DNA of 64,000 nt from Azolla caroliniana (Eukaryota; Plantae; Polypodiophyta), in NCBI GenBank assembly GCA_043228905.1, contig JBHGNT010000015.1, forward strand, positions 20,150,001 to 20,214,000, in the 5' to 3' direction. Every line of letters begins with the position of its first letter. Position 1 is the stretch's first letter. The position numbers were made by a program, and so were the translations under genes. Below are positions 26,235-38,408 of this stretch, in pieces. Under the pieces are notes generated by a model, which saw only the letters and a list, made by a program, of their open reading frames with translations, had not been told where the DNA came from and did not search any database.

Positions 26235-28493
26235 TTACTCCTCCATGGAATCAGCGATCCATGTTGATGCTATGTCAACATCTGACCAATCATTATCCAT
26301 CTGATTTTGCATCGTTTGGGTGTGTGCATTGGTCATAGCATAGATATTCGATAACAACACATATGCTCCTGCATTTTCCGAGCCCAAGACGAAAGCATGT
26401 TGAGCCGATGCTTTCGCAAGCTCAAGATTTCCGTGATTGCGACATGCAGCTAGTAAACTCATCCATATCGCACAATGAGGTTGAATTGGTAGCATGTCGA
26501 TAAATTGTACCGCCTCATTTAAACAACCTGACCGACCAAAAAGATCGACCATTGCTGCATAGTGCTCAAAAGCCAGAGACATGGCATCATCTTGCACCCC
26601 CATCACCATCATCTGGAAACAATGCCAACCCTCCTCGATGAGTCCGGCATGATTGCATGCAATTAATAAGCTACTAAAAGTAAACTCGTCAGGTTTCAAC
26701 CCCTGTTGCTGCATCCTCTGGGATAGGGCTAGAACCTGCTTTCCATCACCATGTTGGGCCCAACCTCCTATGATAGATGACCATGAGATCACATCCCTTG
26801 TACACATGTCCTCGAAAATTGTATGAGCTTCACGTAAGCTTCCGCATGCTGCATACATATCAATGAGTGCGTTTCCCACCACATTATTCACCTTAAATCC
26901 TGTTTTCACTATATATTTGTGAACCTCCTTGCCTTCAGCGAGCATGCCAACGTTTGCACATGCGTTGAGGACACCACTCAATGTAAACTCATCAGGTTTT
27001 AACCCTTGTTTTAGGGCATCCCATAACATGCTATATGCAGCTTTTGCACAACCATGGCGTCCGTAACCTAAAATCATCGCATTCCACGATACTAAATCGG
27101 TTTCATCCACTCGCTTGAACACTGAATTAGCATCCTCCATGCTGTCACATTTTGCATACATGTTCACCAAAGCATTCCCAACAAAGGTATCTGCTTCAAG
27201 TTCATACTCAATTATATAAGCATGAATCCATTTACCTTCATGTGATGTCATAAGATTGGCACAAGCACAAAGAACACTGCTAACAGTGTATTCATCAGGA
27301 TAAACTCTCTTCCACAACATGTGCACGTAAAGCTCGATTGCATCGTTATGAAAGCCTTCTTGGACATAGCCAGAAACTAGGGTAGACCACGATATAGCAT
27401 CTCGTGTGTGCATATTCTCAAAAACTCTCCTTGCCAAATCCAAGTCTCCTGATTTTGCATACAAGTCGATGAGTGCATTTCCGACCACCACATCTGATTT
27501 CAACCCTTCCAATCGCATTGCTTGAAAGAGTGTGAGAGCTTCTTTTAAGAAGCCATGGTGGGCATAACCCGTGATCAATGCTGTCCAGGAAGCAACGTCT
27601 CTTCTTTCGAGTTTATCAAAGACTTGGCGTGCATGGTGTAACCTCCCCGATTTTGCATACATGCTGAGAAGGGCAGCCCCCACAAAACCATCAATTTCAA
27701 TTCTGGATACTAAAAGCATTACATGTACTCTTGAGCTCCACATAAGATCCATGGTAGAGTCACAACATACACAAAGAATACTGGTGAATGTAAACTCGTT
27801 TGGCTCAATACCTTGACATTCCATATGCTTAAACAGCTGCAATGTTTCCTCCCCGTGCCCATGTTGAGTGTAGACTGTTATCATCGCAGTCCACAAGACT
27901 ACATCTCGAACATGTATTCTATCAAACACACAAAATGCATCCTCCACACTACCACATTTACCATACATGTTGACAAGAGAAGTTCCCAACATAATGTCCA
28001 GCTCCATGTCCTGATTAACTATGTCGAAATGGACCAACTTACCTCTTTCTACAGCCGAGACACCATCAAGTGATTCTAAGATGCATAGAAAGGTGACCTT
28101 GTTTGGCATTATACGGCATTCTTTTCTCATTTTCTGGAAGGTTCTGAATGCCTCATCACTGAAACCACCACGTTGAGCATATCCAGAAATGATCGAACTC
28201 CATGCGACAACGTCTTGATGAGTCATGGTATGGAAAACTCGAGATGCATCGATCATGTTACCACATTTAGCATACAAATTAATGAGCTTATTCTCTATGA
28301 ATGTGTCTTTCTCAAGGCCTCGTTTACTCACGTGGATGTGAACACACCTTCCTTCCACAAGTTCGTTCGACATTATGCATTCATGTATGATATCTACATA
28401 GACATGGAAACCTTCCAATATGCTGCAATCAAGGTTCTCAATAGCTTTAAGAAGACTTTCCTTATTGGGTAAGCTCGTCCTCTTAAATCTCAT
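26235..28493 (-). CDS. PLS-class pentatricopeptide repeat protein with E domain and no DYW (organellar RNA-editing specificity factor type)
   Basis: 752-aa intronless ORF with repeated P-L-S triplets (GNALIDMYAKCG, DVVSW.A.I.GY.QHG, PDEFTFSS.L.AC), then HYAAMVDLFGRSG, IWMSLLAACRNHGN and YVLLSNIYA. The N-terminus may extend through an upstream exon. Confidence 0.92.
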   Translation of the reverse strand: MRFKRTSLPNKESLLKAIENLDCSILEGFHVYVDIIHECIMSNELVEGRCVHIHVSKRGLEKDTFIENKLINLYAKCGNMIDASRVFHTMTHQDVVAWSSIISGYAQRGGFSDEAFRTFQKMRKECRIMPNKVTFLCILESLDGVSAVERGKLVHFDIVNQDMELDIMLGTSLVNMYGKCGSVEDAFCVFDRIHVRDVVLWTAMITVYTQHGHGEETLQLFKHMECQGIEPNEFTFTSILCVCCDSTMDLMWSSRVHVMLLVSRIEIDGFVGAALLSMYAKSGRLHHARQVFDKLERRDVASWTALITGYAHHGFLKEALTLFQAMRLEGLKSDVVVGNALIDLYAKSGDLDLARRVFENMHTRDAISWSTLVSGYVQEGFHNDAIELYVHMLWKRVYPDEYTVSSVLCACANLMTSHEGKWIHAYIIEYELEADTFVGNALVNMYAKCDSMEDANSVFKRVDETDLVSWNAMILGYGRHGCAKAAYSMLWDALKQGLKPDEFTLSGVLNACANVGMLAEGKEVHKYIVKTGFKVNNVVGNALIDMYAACGSLREAHTIFEDMCTRDVISWSSIIGGWAQHGDGKQVLALSQRMQQQGLKPDEFTFSSLLIACNHAGLIEEGWHCFQMMVMGVQDDAMSLAFEHYAAMVDLFGRSGCLNEAVQFIDMLPIQPHCAIWMSLLAACRNHGNLELAKASAQHAFVLGSENAGAYVLLSNIYAMTNAHTQTMQNQMDNDWSDVDIASTWIADSMEE

Positions 28494-29980
28494 AATCTAG
28501 CACACAATGACTTCATATGTTTCATCCTTGTTAATATCAGTGCATAAAATTTGACCTTTTATCTAGAATCTTGAGTTAACATTCTGCTTCATAGCAGGGG
28601 AAAAGCAGGATAATATCTTTAGGGGTCACAATGAACAGAGGGATTCTACAATTCTTCTGCTCCATTACAGTTTCCATCACAGTCTCAAAATTTGGTAATC
28701 CTGAGCGTTTCCACAAAGCACCCCCCTCTGGAGCACACTGAGGTGCTCCTAGACAGGGGTATTATGGCAAATATACATAAAGCTAGGGGTATTTTGGTAT
28801 TTTACATTTATAACGAATTGGAACATTACCATGTGGAAACGTCGGGTTCCCGTTGGGCTGCCTCGACATGACAACTGATAAGAGGTGGCGAAAGCATAGA
28901 TTATATGATTTTTGTCTGGGAATCATCTCTCAGATGAGCGAGTGTTGATTGTGATTTTGCATATTACAGTGAAAGTGGTGTGCTCTGTTGCATGAAAATG
29001 TCTATCCACTATGGGTAGCAAAAGCATCTCCACTATGGGTAGCAAAAGCATCAATTGTTTTTGTCCAGGGAATTAGCTTTGGAATGAACAAGTGCTAAAT
29101 TGTGGTTCGGTGAATGTTATGTATATGTATATCCAAAGGGTATAAATGAGAGGCAACATTGACTCATCGTCTCCAATATGTTGAATAGAGAAGCATTCCT
29201 AGCAAATGAATATAGGTTGTATTAGGGTGTGGCCGATTCTTTTCGGGAACAATTTTTAAACCACTAGTGATAGGTAGAATCAAGGGTTTCATGGCAAACA
29301 ATTTTTGTTTGCGGCAATAGGAAGTTATTTTGGCATGAAGGGATTTGGGAAGTGACAACAAAAACTAGATATAAAGGAAACAATCATTGGGTGCAAAACA
29401 AATGAGCTGTTATATATTAATTGTATGAGGGTGGAGAAATCCTAACCAAGGAGAAAACACCTTCTCCATAATGCTGGAAAAGAAAGTCTTTTTGTCCAAG
29501 TATTTGAGGATGGACAAAGCATCAATAAAGTAGGCGAGGAAATAATTGGTTGCTCCATAACAAAATCATTTTATCTTTCACTTTGGGGACACACAAATCA
29601 TCCATGTTGCACATCAACCATTGGTCATAACTACTTTTTTATAAGATCGATGAGGCATTGACTTTCAATAGGACCATCTCATTATTGACCATGTTCACAT
29701 GTAAGTACACTTCACTCAACCCTTGAATTTACTTTTTTGTCCTAGTTGCAACCCACTAGAGTTCATGCAAACATGCACCACCTCACTCATAAGCATCATA
29801 TAACCATCGTCCTTATGAATGGCCTTTTAAGGGTCAATGATGCCATTGCATCTCAATACACCTGGCTTGGTATACTCAACACATGGTCAAGATAGATCCA
29901 AAGGATGCGATGGCGGTAGAAACATACATTCTCCTCTCGTGAGGAGTCATTAGAATGCTGAAGCCCAACGTTGTGGTGAC

Positions 29981-30268
29981 TAAGTCGGCACCGGCTCGGC
30001 TCAAGCCTAAACCGAATTGTTAAACTGTTTTTAATCGATTTGGTGGTTTGGTTCAGTTTAGACTTGAGCTTCCTTAACTAGTTTGAACTTGGTTTGGGAT
30101 GCTTCAAGCTGAACCAAACTGTTTTGGGCTAAACCGGTTCCCCAACCAGTTAAGGCTTATCGGTTTGGATAAACCGGTTAAAGCCTTTACCGGTTTAGGA
30201 ACCGGCTCGATTCAAGTTGGAAATCTCCCAAACCGGTTGAGCCAAAACCGAACCGTTGCGGATTCATA
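29981..30268. mobile_element. Short internally deleted relative of the 7911-8733 hAT-like element
   Basis: Starts cggctcggctcaagcctaaa and ends ccaaaaccgaaccgttgcggattcata, matching both ends of the intronic hAT copy. No clear TSD. Confidence 0.65.
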
Positions 30269-30330
30269 CATACATGATACAAGGCGTTTTTTTATGCATA
30301 CACTCTTTCCTTTTTGTTACTCCTCCCAGG

Positions 30331-33300
30331 ATGCAGAGAATACAAGGGTCAAGAATAACAAATCTAAGCTCTGTTCTCTGTAACAGAGCACTCTGCAAAG
30401 GCCTAAATTGTGATGGGTCTTCTTCTTCTTCTTCTTCTTCTTCCATCGTTTCTTTCTTCAGCTCAGAATCCTCAGACAATGATGATCAGAAGCTCTCCTC
30501 GTCTTCACCTTCATACAAAGCTGGCATGCACTCTCACTACGGACCTGGAAAGCTGCTTGGGAAGACGGCTCTAATCACTGGTGCTGGAAAGTAGGGCTTT
30601 TTTGTTTTTATTTTTTTGTGAGATTTGCTTTGGTTTTTTAATTATAAAAGATATTTCAAAAAAAATTGTTTTTGTCCCATCTTTTCATCACAAGTTCTGA
30701 GGAAACTGTTTAATTCGGCTATTTGTACTATGTGTGAAAGTATCTGAACTATATTCATAGAATACATAGCTTGCCACTAGGGTAAACCCAAGAGACAGAG
30801 ACAGAGAGATATATATTAACATCAATTAGATGCCAATATTGGCCTATAAGACAATTCATGACTGCAAATATTGATGATGTCATGTTATCCATACTGAAAC
30901 AAAAATAAAAGCTCTAGGTTTCCTAAAGATCCATGGCAACGATCTTAATGCATGGGAGTCAATATAATTGATAGTTCATGGTGGATAAGCATGAAGTGCA
31001 TAATTGATATGCATGGTATGAGTAATGTGGAGAGGACATGGTATCCAATGTTGCTTGGTATGGTAGAAGGAGGTTATTGTGAAGTTACTCAAGTGCATCT
31101 GGGTGTCTTCGGGATGATCACACATATGGAGAGAATTTAGAATGTAGATTTCTTTTTATCATCCATAAAGAGGCCAGTTTTGACCTATGGGACCAGAGTA
31201 TACATGTGTTCTTGATATGTGTCTACTTCCTAAAAAGGGGTATTCATACATTGAAGTACAAAGTCTCTATGCGTGAATAAGGCATACACATATGAGCTCA
31301 ACCTTCTAGGTGGTGTCTTAAGTATGGAAATTAAGTTATCACTCCCTCTTAATATGTCATCATATCTTGAATGAATTGCACTGTATGCCACGCATGTGAA
31401 AGACGAGCAAGTGACATTCATCCTCTGTTGTGAGGTCATGGTCCGTGGGGCCAAGGCCTACGTGCTCGACAAATTGCCATAGCCCGATCTACTGTAACCC
31501 CTTTGTTATGTCCTGGTTGAGAGCCCATTTGTGTACCCCTTGATTCATATGTACCATTAGTAGGAGCGATGGGGCTAAAGAAAATTGTGATTGTTCTTTG
31601 TGGATGAGGTTGTGTGGCTGTACTATTGTCCTGCAACAACTTTTCCCTATGTCTCTTGAGTTCTAGCAAGAAAAGTCCCAGGCACCACTGGTCCTCATAT
31701 TCCATTACTTTGTGTAGTGGGCGAAAGCCTTGTTTAGAGAGGCAATGGTATTTCCTCTTATTTCATACAAGGCACTACAATGATAAACATAGTGTTCTTC
31801 GGATTCCACTCCTTGATGACACAATTGGCAAAATTTTTCTTCTAGAGGTATTTGTGTATATCTGCCTACCTCAATCACTAACTGCTGTGATGAAGTTTGC
31901 AACTGCCCTATCACATTGCGCAACATATAGGATAGATGTATGTCCATATAAGGTGGCCTGACGATGAATCCATCCTCCGATGTGTGTAAAAAGTGTCTTG
32001 TAGTGGGTCATCTTCGTACCAAGTGATATTTTGGGGCTGATCCATTTTATCTTGTTTTCCAATTTAATATTATTAGTTTGGATCACTCTATTCTTTTTCA
32101 CTTTGGTCATATTTAGATGAGGACAATCCAAGCTATATTGGAATGGGGATAGAGCATTTATGCTTATGCGATGTGACTCGAACCATTGTTGCATTTCAGT
32201 ATACCAACAATGAACCTCTCCATTTTCAGCCAGTTGTCGTGATGACATAAGTGCTAACCTTGGGTACCTTTGTTTAGGGAGCTCCCAAAGACGTTGGATA
32301 TAGGTCACTGATCGGAAGAATGCCTTAGTGATTATAAGGGCTTCGCCCATCTCTGCTCGGAATATATCGTGGGGCACCGATGCTTTGCTCCTTATCATGC
32401 ATGCAATCATTGACACTAAAGGTCTCTCTAAATCTTTCCAATGATTTACCTTGTTAAAACTTGGACCCCACATTTCTACTCCATAGAGAAGAGTTGGTAT
32501 GACAAGTGTATCAAATAACCAGAACTTAGTTTGTGGCTCTTGGAACTGCAAATGTGGACATTGTCTTTCAAGAGCACCAAGGGTTGCATATCCACAAGAA
32601 AGTCGGGCACAAGCGGCCTCCCGTAAGGAGAACCTAGGCACTGTAAATGTCACCTTTTTCTCTCCTAAGAAGAATTTTGGTTCTGATCTTGTTATCAATG
32701 CTTGAGTGGTGTTGAACACTATCACTTTAGTTTTATCCATAGCTATCGACAAATCTTTGTCCGTACAAAATAGTTTTAAGGCATTTAGATATCTTTGTAG
32801 TCCCTCTGGATAGTCAGAAAACAACACAATATCATCAACATATAATGATATTTGTATAGCTATACCTGCTAGGCATGCTCCTAAACCCTCAAATCTCTCT
32901 ATGTAATATGACACCTCATCTATATAGAGACTGAAGAGAGTGGGCAATATTGGGCATCCTTGCTTCACTCCAATAGTGCTAGCCACCGCCTTTGACAAAC
33001 CTATGGAAGACCACACTTTTCCTGACACAGATTCATAGAGTGCATGGATTCCCCATTGCATATATGTAGAAACACCAAGGGCTTCTAGCCGTTGCATAAG
33101 CTGAGCACATGGAACAATGTCATAGAGAGAGAAAGAAAGATATATTAACGTCTTTTAAGAGGCCAAAAGGGCCTATAAGACCACACAAGAGATTACATCT
33201 TAAGTGTTGTCTCGTCTTTGAGAACAAATCAAAATAAAATAAATATTGGGGGTTTCATTTGGAGTGATTTGATTGGGGGTTTGCCTTTGGGATTAGTTCT

Positions 33301-36300
33301 AAAGCGACGTGGACTAGCAACGGGACATTGCTTCTTTTGCACTATTCAAATGGAAGATAGTACTCATTGTTTCATACCGTGTTTGATTGCTTGTTAGGTT
33401 TGAAGTTATATTTCTCAAATTTGGCAAGTTTTATCATAGTGGTATTTGATGCCAAGGTAGTGGATGTTTGCACAATTCACATAGGTTGACCCAAAATCAG
33501 AGATAAGAGATCCTATTCCTTTTTTTTGAGGTATTGGGGATTGCGCCATAATTGGGATATGCACAATGCTTTTGTAGTTGATGGCAGGCATGGAGTCAAA
33601 GCATATCTACGAGAGTTGTAGGGATTACTAATGTGACAATTTTCTTTATTGGAGCAAGTGGAAATTCTTTCCACGGTGGAGTGTTCATCTTGCTTATTGG
33701 CAATTCAACATGTTCCCTACCCACGTAATTAGTGGGTGACCGTACTCCACTATGACACCCATTGCAAGTAGTGTTTTTTCACATACATTTATTAATATAC
33801 TTGTGTGTTTTCACCAAAGAGAGAGAGAGAAAGAGAAATTAAATATCTTTTAAGAGGCCAGAGTGGTCTATAAGACCAAACAAGAGATCACATCTTAAAA
33901 TTTGTCTTGTCTTTGACTAAGTAACTAAGTAAAATAGTAAATAAAGAACCTCGACTTGGTTAAAGAACTTGTCATCTATACATGTAAGATTCTCAAGTTA
34001 GGTATGTCGTAATTTTGTCTTTTGAGAGATGTCTAGCATAAATCAACCTAGAATGATGGGTCTTTGATGCGAGGGAAGCACCGGCGATGGGAGGAGATAA
34101 TGGCCTTTATTTGTTGACGACAAGGGTAGTGAGATCGTGGTCCACAAGGCTGGGGCCTACATACATGAAAAATTGCTATTACCCAATCTATTGTAACCTT
34201 TTGCAATGTCCTGCTTGGAACCCATTTGTGTAGCCCTTGATTTACTTGTAGCATGAGAAGGAGTACCTGTGACCTTCAACTTAGAAGGTGTGATTTTTCT
34301 TTGTTGATGAGCTTGTGTGATTGTATTTTTTCCCTTCAACTTCTCCCGGTGTCTCTTGAGTTCTAGCAAAAACAGTCCCAAGCACCATTGGTTCTCGTTT
34401 TAGATCACATTGTATAGTGGGCCAAAGCCTTGCTTAAAGAGGCAATGTGATCTCCCTCTTAGTTCATAAAAACATTACAATGACAAAACATAGTGCTCTT
34501 CATATTCCAATCCCCAATGACACAATTGACAAATTCTTTCTTCTATGGGTGTTCGTGCATGTCTGCCTACCATCAATCTTTAATTGATGGGAAGAAGTTT
34601 GCAGCTGCTCTATCACATGGTGTAGCGCATAGAATAGATGTATGTCCATATAAAAGGGCCTGATAATGAGTCCATCCTCTGATGTGTGTAAAAAGTGTGT
34701 CGTATAGTTGTCCATCTTCTTACCAAGAGATGTTGTGAGGCTGATCCATGTTATTCTGTTTAACAACTTGATAATATCAGTTCAGGGAGCTCCTAAAGCT
34801 GTTGGATACAGGTCATTGATCAGAGTAATGCCTCGATGATTATAGGAGTTGCTCCAACCTCCGCTTGGATTATATCATGGGGCACCAATGCTTTACTTCT
34901 TACCATGCATGTAATCATTGAAACTAAAGTTCTCTCCAAATCTTTCCAGTTATTTCCCTTGTTAAGACTTAGTTCTGAGGTTTCTACTTCATAGAGAAGA
35001 TTTGGTGTGACAAGTGTATCAAATAGACACAATTCAATCGTGGCTCTTGGAATTGCATATGTGCACATTGTATTTCAAGAGCACTCACAATAAAATCAAG
35101 CACAAGCAGACTTTAAATGTTACTCCGAGGATCATGTGGGCAATCATGGAGACTAAAGGTCATCCTTCTTTTTATTTGCGTTGTTAAAACTCGGTCCCCA
35201 GGTTTCTACTTCATAGAGAAGAGTTGGTATGACAAGTATATCAAATAGCCACAATTCAATTTCTGCCTCTTGGAACTGCAAATGTGCACATTGTCTTTCA
35301 AGAGCACCAAGGGCTGCATATTCATGAAAAACTTGAGCACATACAGCCTTTAAATGTTACTTCAAGGATCATATGTATGCTACCTTTTCCTCTCCCAAGA
35401 AGAATTTTGGTTTTGATCTTGTTGCCCATGATTCCGTGGCGTTAAACACCATCACTTTAGTTTTATCTATGTTTATTGACAAACCTTTGTACATATAAAA
35501 TACTTCTAAGGCATAGCTATACATTTTACTTTTTTTCTTTGAGTGATCTCTACCATAGGTTGATCCAGAATGGAGAGGTCTCTGAAGCGATGGAAACACC
35601 TACAATGGCGGGAAATAATGGCCTTCATCTGTTGATGACGAGGGTGGTGAGATCCTCATCTATGAGGCTGGGGCTCATGTGCATAGCAAAATTGCTATTG
35701 CCTGATCTGTTGTAACCCCATTGCAATGTCCTAGTTGGTAGCCGATTTGTGTAGCCCTTGATTGATTTTTAGCATGAGGAGTGATGGGGTTAAAGAAAGC
35801 TGTGATTGTTCTTTGTTGATGAGCTTGTGTGGCCATGTTGTTCTTCAGCTTCTCCCTGTGTTGCTTCAGTTCTAGCAAGAAAAGCCTCATGTACTCTTGG
35901 TTCTCATTTTCCATTACCTTGCGCAGTGGGCCAAAGCCTTCCTTAAAGAGGCAATATTATCCCTCTCATTTCATTAAAAACGAGAGAGTGAGAGAGAGAC
36001 AGAATGAGAGAGTGAGAGTGAGAGAGAGAGGTTGGAAACATCATTTCAGTGGCATTGGCCGACACACTGCTTTCCTTTTTGCTCAAGAAGGGGCTTCAGT
36101 TGTTGTTGCTGATAATAGCATCTCAGCAGTTGCAAGGGCATCCGATGCAGTGAAAGAGTTTGGTGGAAGATGTGTAGGTTTTTGTGGAGATGTTTCAAAT
36201 CCAGAAGAAGTGGAAGCTATGGTGTCAAAAGCTGAGGTACTCGTTTGTGCTCCGTCATTCTTTCACCCGTCTAACATTTTTATTTAAAATTTGTAACAAG

Positions 36301-38408
36301 GAAAATGCAACTTGGCCTGTCTAACATGAACGTTTATTTCCTTCTTAGGAAACCTTTGGAGGTCTCCACATCGTATTCAATAATGCTGGGATATTGGATG
36401 AACTGGACTATGATGCAATTAGTACTCCAAGTGAAGTTATAGACAGAACTTTATCAGTGAATCTCAAGGTGTCAATTATGTCATTCTGATTAGTCTCAAA
36501 AGTATTTATCTCATTTTTTCATGCGTTGCTGCCTTTTCTTGCAGAAAGTCGAGTTCTATGTCTGTAATTGAAGGGGCCTCATTTACTTAAGAGGGTGCAT
36601 GTATGCTTTAATAATCATATATTATAATTGTTGCTGTTATTGTTCTTTTTCTGTGGTTGGTATCTTTATATGCTTATTTTGTTTTCTTGATTATGAGTGC
36701 TGATTAGGTGTCACATACAAAGTTGACCAAAAAAATTATTTTCCTGCTTTGCAATAGCCCTTGGTTTCATTTTTTTCCTTTTTCATATTAGGAGTTCTCA
36801 TTAACTTAAGATGGTGCATGTATGCTTCATTATCATATATTGTAAATGTTGCAGTTATTGTTCTCTTTCTGTGATTGGCATCTTTATATGCCTAGTTTGT
36901 TTTTTGATTATGAGTGTTGACTAATGTCACATCCCAAGTTGACTAAATCAATTTTTTTTTCAGAAAAGTCCTTGGTTTCATTTTTTTCTTTTTTATATTA
37001 GGGTACAATATATGGATGTAAATATGGTATTCCAGCCATCAAAAGATCTGGTGGTGGTTCAGTTATAAATGTTTCATCAACGGCTTGCCTTGTTGGATCG
37101 TCATCTCCCAAGGTCTATTCATTTACTGCATTATATGATAATAGATATTGCTGTGGAATAAAGTAGATAATATGTGTGACATGAAGAATATATCCATTAA
37201 TTACACATTTTGACACGTTAATTTATCTTCCTGTATGAGCTACTCATATAAGGAACATTGCCTCTCAACCTTATCATCCCTTTGTTTTGAGTTGAGTACC
37301 TTAGCCAGTCATCTAGGGCAACGAACCATCTTTGAATCCTCAGAATGTTGTTGCCTAATGTTTTTTTGATGCCTATTTTCGTAAAGAAGACGGAAAAAAG
37401 TGGAAAGGCAACAAGCAACTGTGACCATGCATTTAGTTCTAATGTTAAAAAAGTGTGTTTTTCATAAAGACACCCAATGGACAAGTTTTTGGCTTTATAA
37501 AAAACACAGTTTTATTTTGGCAAAACATGCCATTTTGTGTGGGATTGGTTTCAGTTTGGACAGAACAGGCTTCTATGCAACTATGGAACCAAACAAATAT
37601 TTTAGTGTTTGAAAGGGTTTAGGTTTTTTCATACAACCCACAAATATGTCCAACCATAATAGTCTTGTTATTCCTCTACCCCATGACAACACCAGCATTT
37701 AGTATTGGTGCATTGATGTTATTTGTCAACCATTCTGTGGTGTAGATTCTGGAAGCATATGGCAAAATCCATTGTACTGTCTCTCTTTTGACAGGGAAGC
37801 GTGTGGGTTGAAAATTTGAAACTAAGGCGATTGTCTAATCACAATGGTATTGCCCCCTAGGTTGCCATTGGCTAGTCACGAATAAGCCACTCCATGTAAA
37901 AAAGAAAGAAAGAGAGATTTCTGCATTATTACGATACATTTACAAAAAACAAAAGAGATTTTTGTATTTCTTTCTTTCACTTAAAAAGTAATATTCCCTT
38001 GCAGATTGCCTACACAGCCAGCAAAGGAGCAATACTTGCCCTGACTCGGGAACTAGCAGTCTTCCATGCACGTGAAGGTATCCGAATAAATGCCTTATGC
38101 CCTGGGCCTTTGAGAACGAATCTCCTGATGCAGGTTGTACAGAATATAAAGAATGCTAAGTATAGGACAGTGATGACAAGATTATGTCAAACGGATTTAA
38201 TGTTTGAGTACTTTTGTTTCAGCATCTCAAATTGAACGAGAGGCTAGAACGGTTACTAAAGTACATACCAATGGGAAGATTTGGTGAAGCAGCAGAAGTT
38301 GCAAAAGCTGCATTATTTTTGGCATCTTCAGATAGCTCCTTCATGACTGGATCAAGTCTTATTATTGATGGTGGAATCACATCTGCATTTGATTCACCTT
38401 CCTCATAA
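30331..38408 (+). CDS. Classical short-chain dehydrogenase/reductase (about 330 aa) with a Ser-rich, transit-peptide-like N-terminus
   Basis: Exons 30331-30590, 36050-36236, 36349-36468, 37002-37112, 38005-38133 and 38223-38408. Motifs: TGAGNGIG, FNNAGI, INVSS, YTASK, NALCPG, IPMGRFG, IDGG. Confidence 0.9.
31420..33122 (-). mobile_element. 5'-truncated RTE/RTEX-like LINE (copy A) in SDR intron 1
   Basis: RT motifs GVKQGCP.LPTLF and LYVDD, C-terminal SS.QL.IEVGRY...CQLC...ESEEH...HC zinc domain, then [13 protein letters not shown]. Confidence 0.88.
33835..35530 (-). mobile_element. Degenerate, internally rearranged LINE of the same family (copy B)
   Basis: Homologous peptides ([40 protein letters not shown]) and the family 3' end at about 33835-33910. 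Confidence 0.82.
35560..35980 (-). mobile_element. Short 3' fragment of the same LINE (copy C)
   Basis: [23 protein letters not shown] peptide and a matching 3' UTR. Confidence 0.78.
36577..37001. repeat. About 210-bp tandem duplication in SDR intron 3 that duplicates the 3' splice site
   Basis: ctcatt.acttaaga.ggtgcatgtatgctt...cttggtttcattttttt...atattag ends at both 36791 and 37001. Confidence 0.85.
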
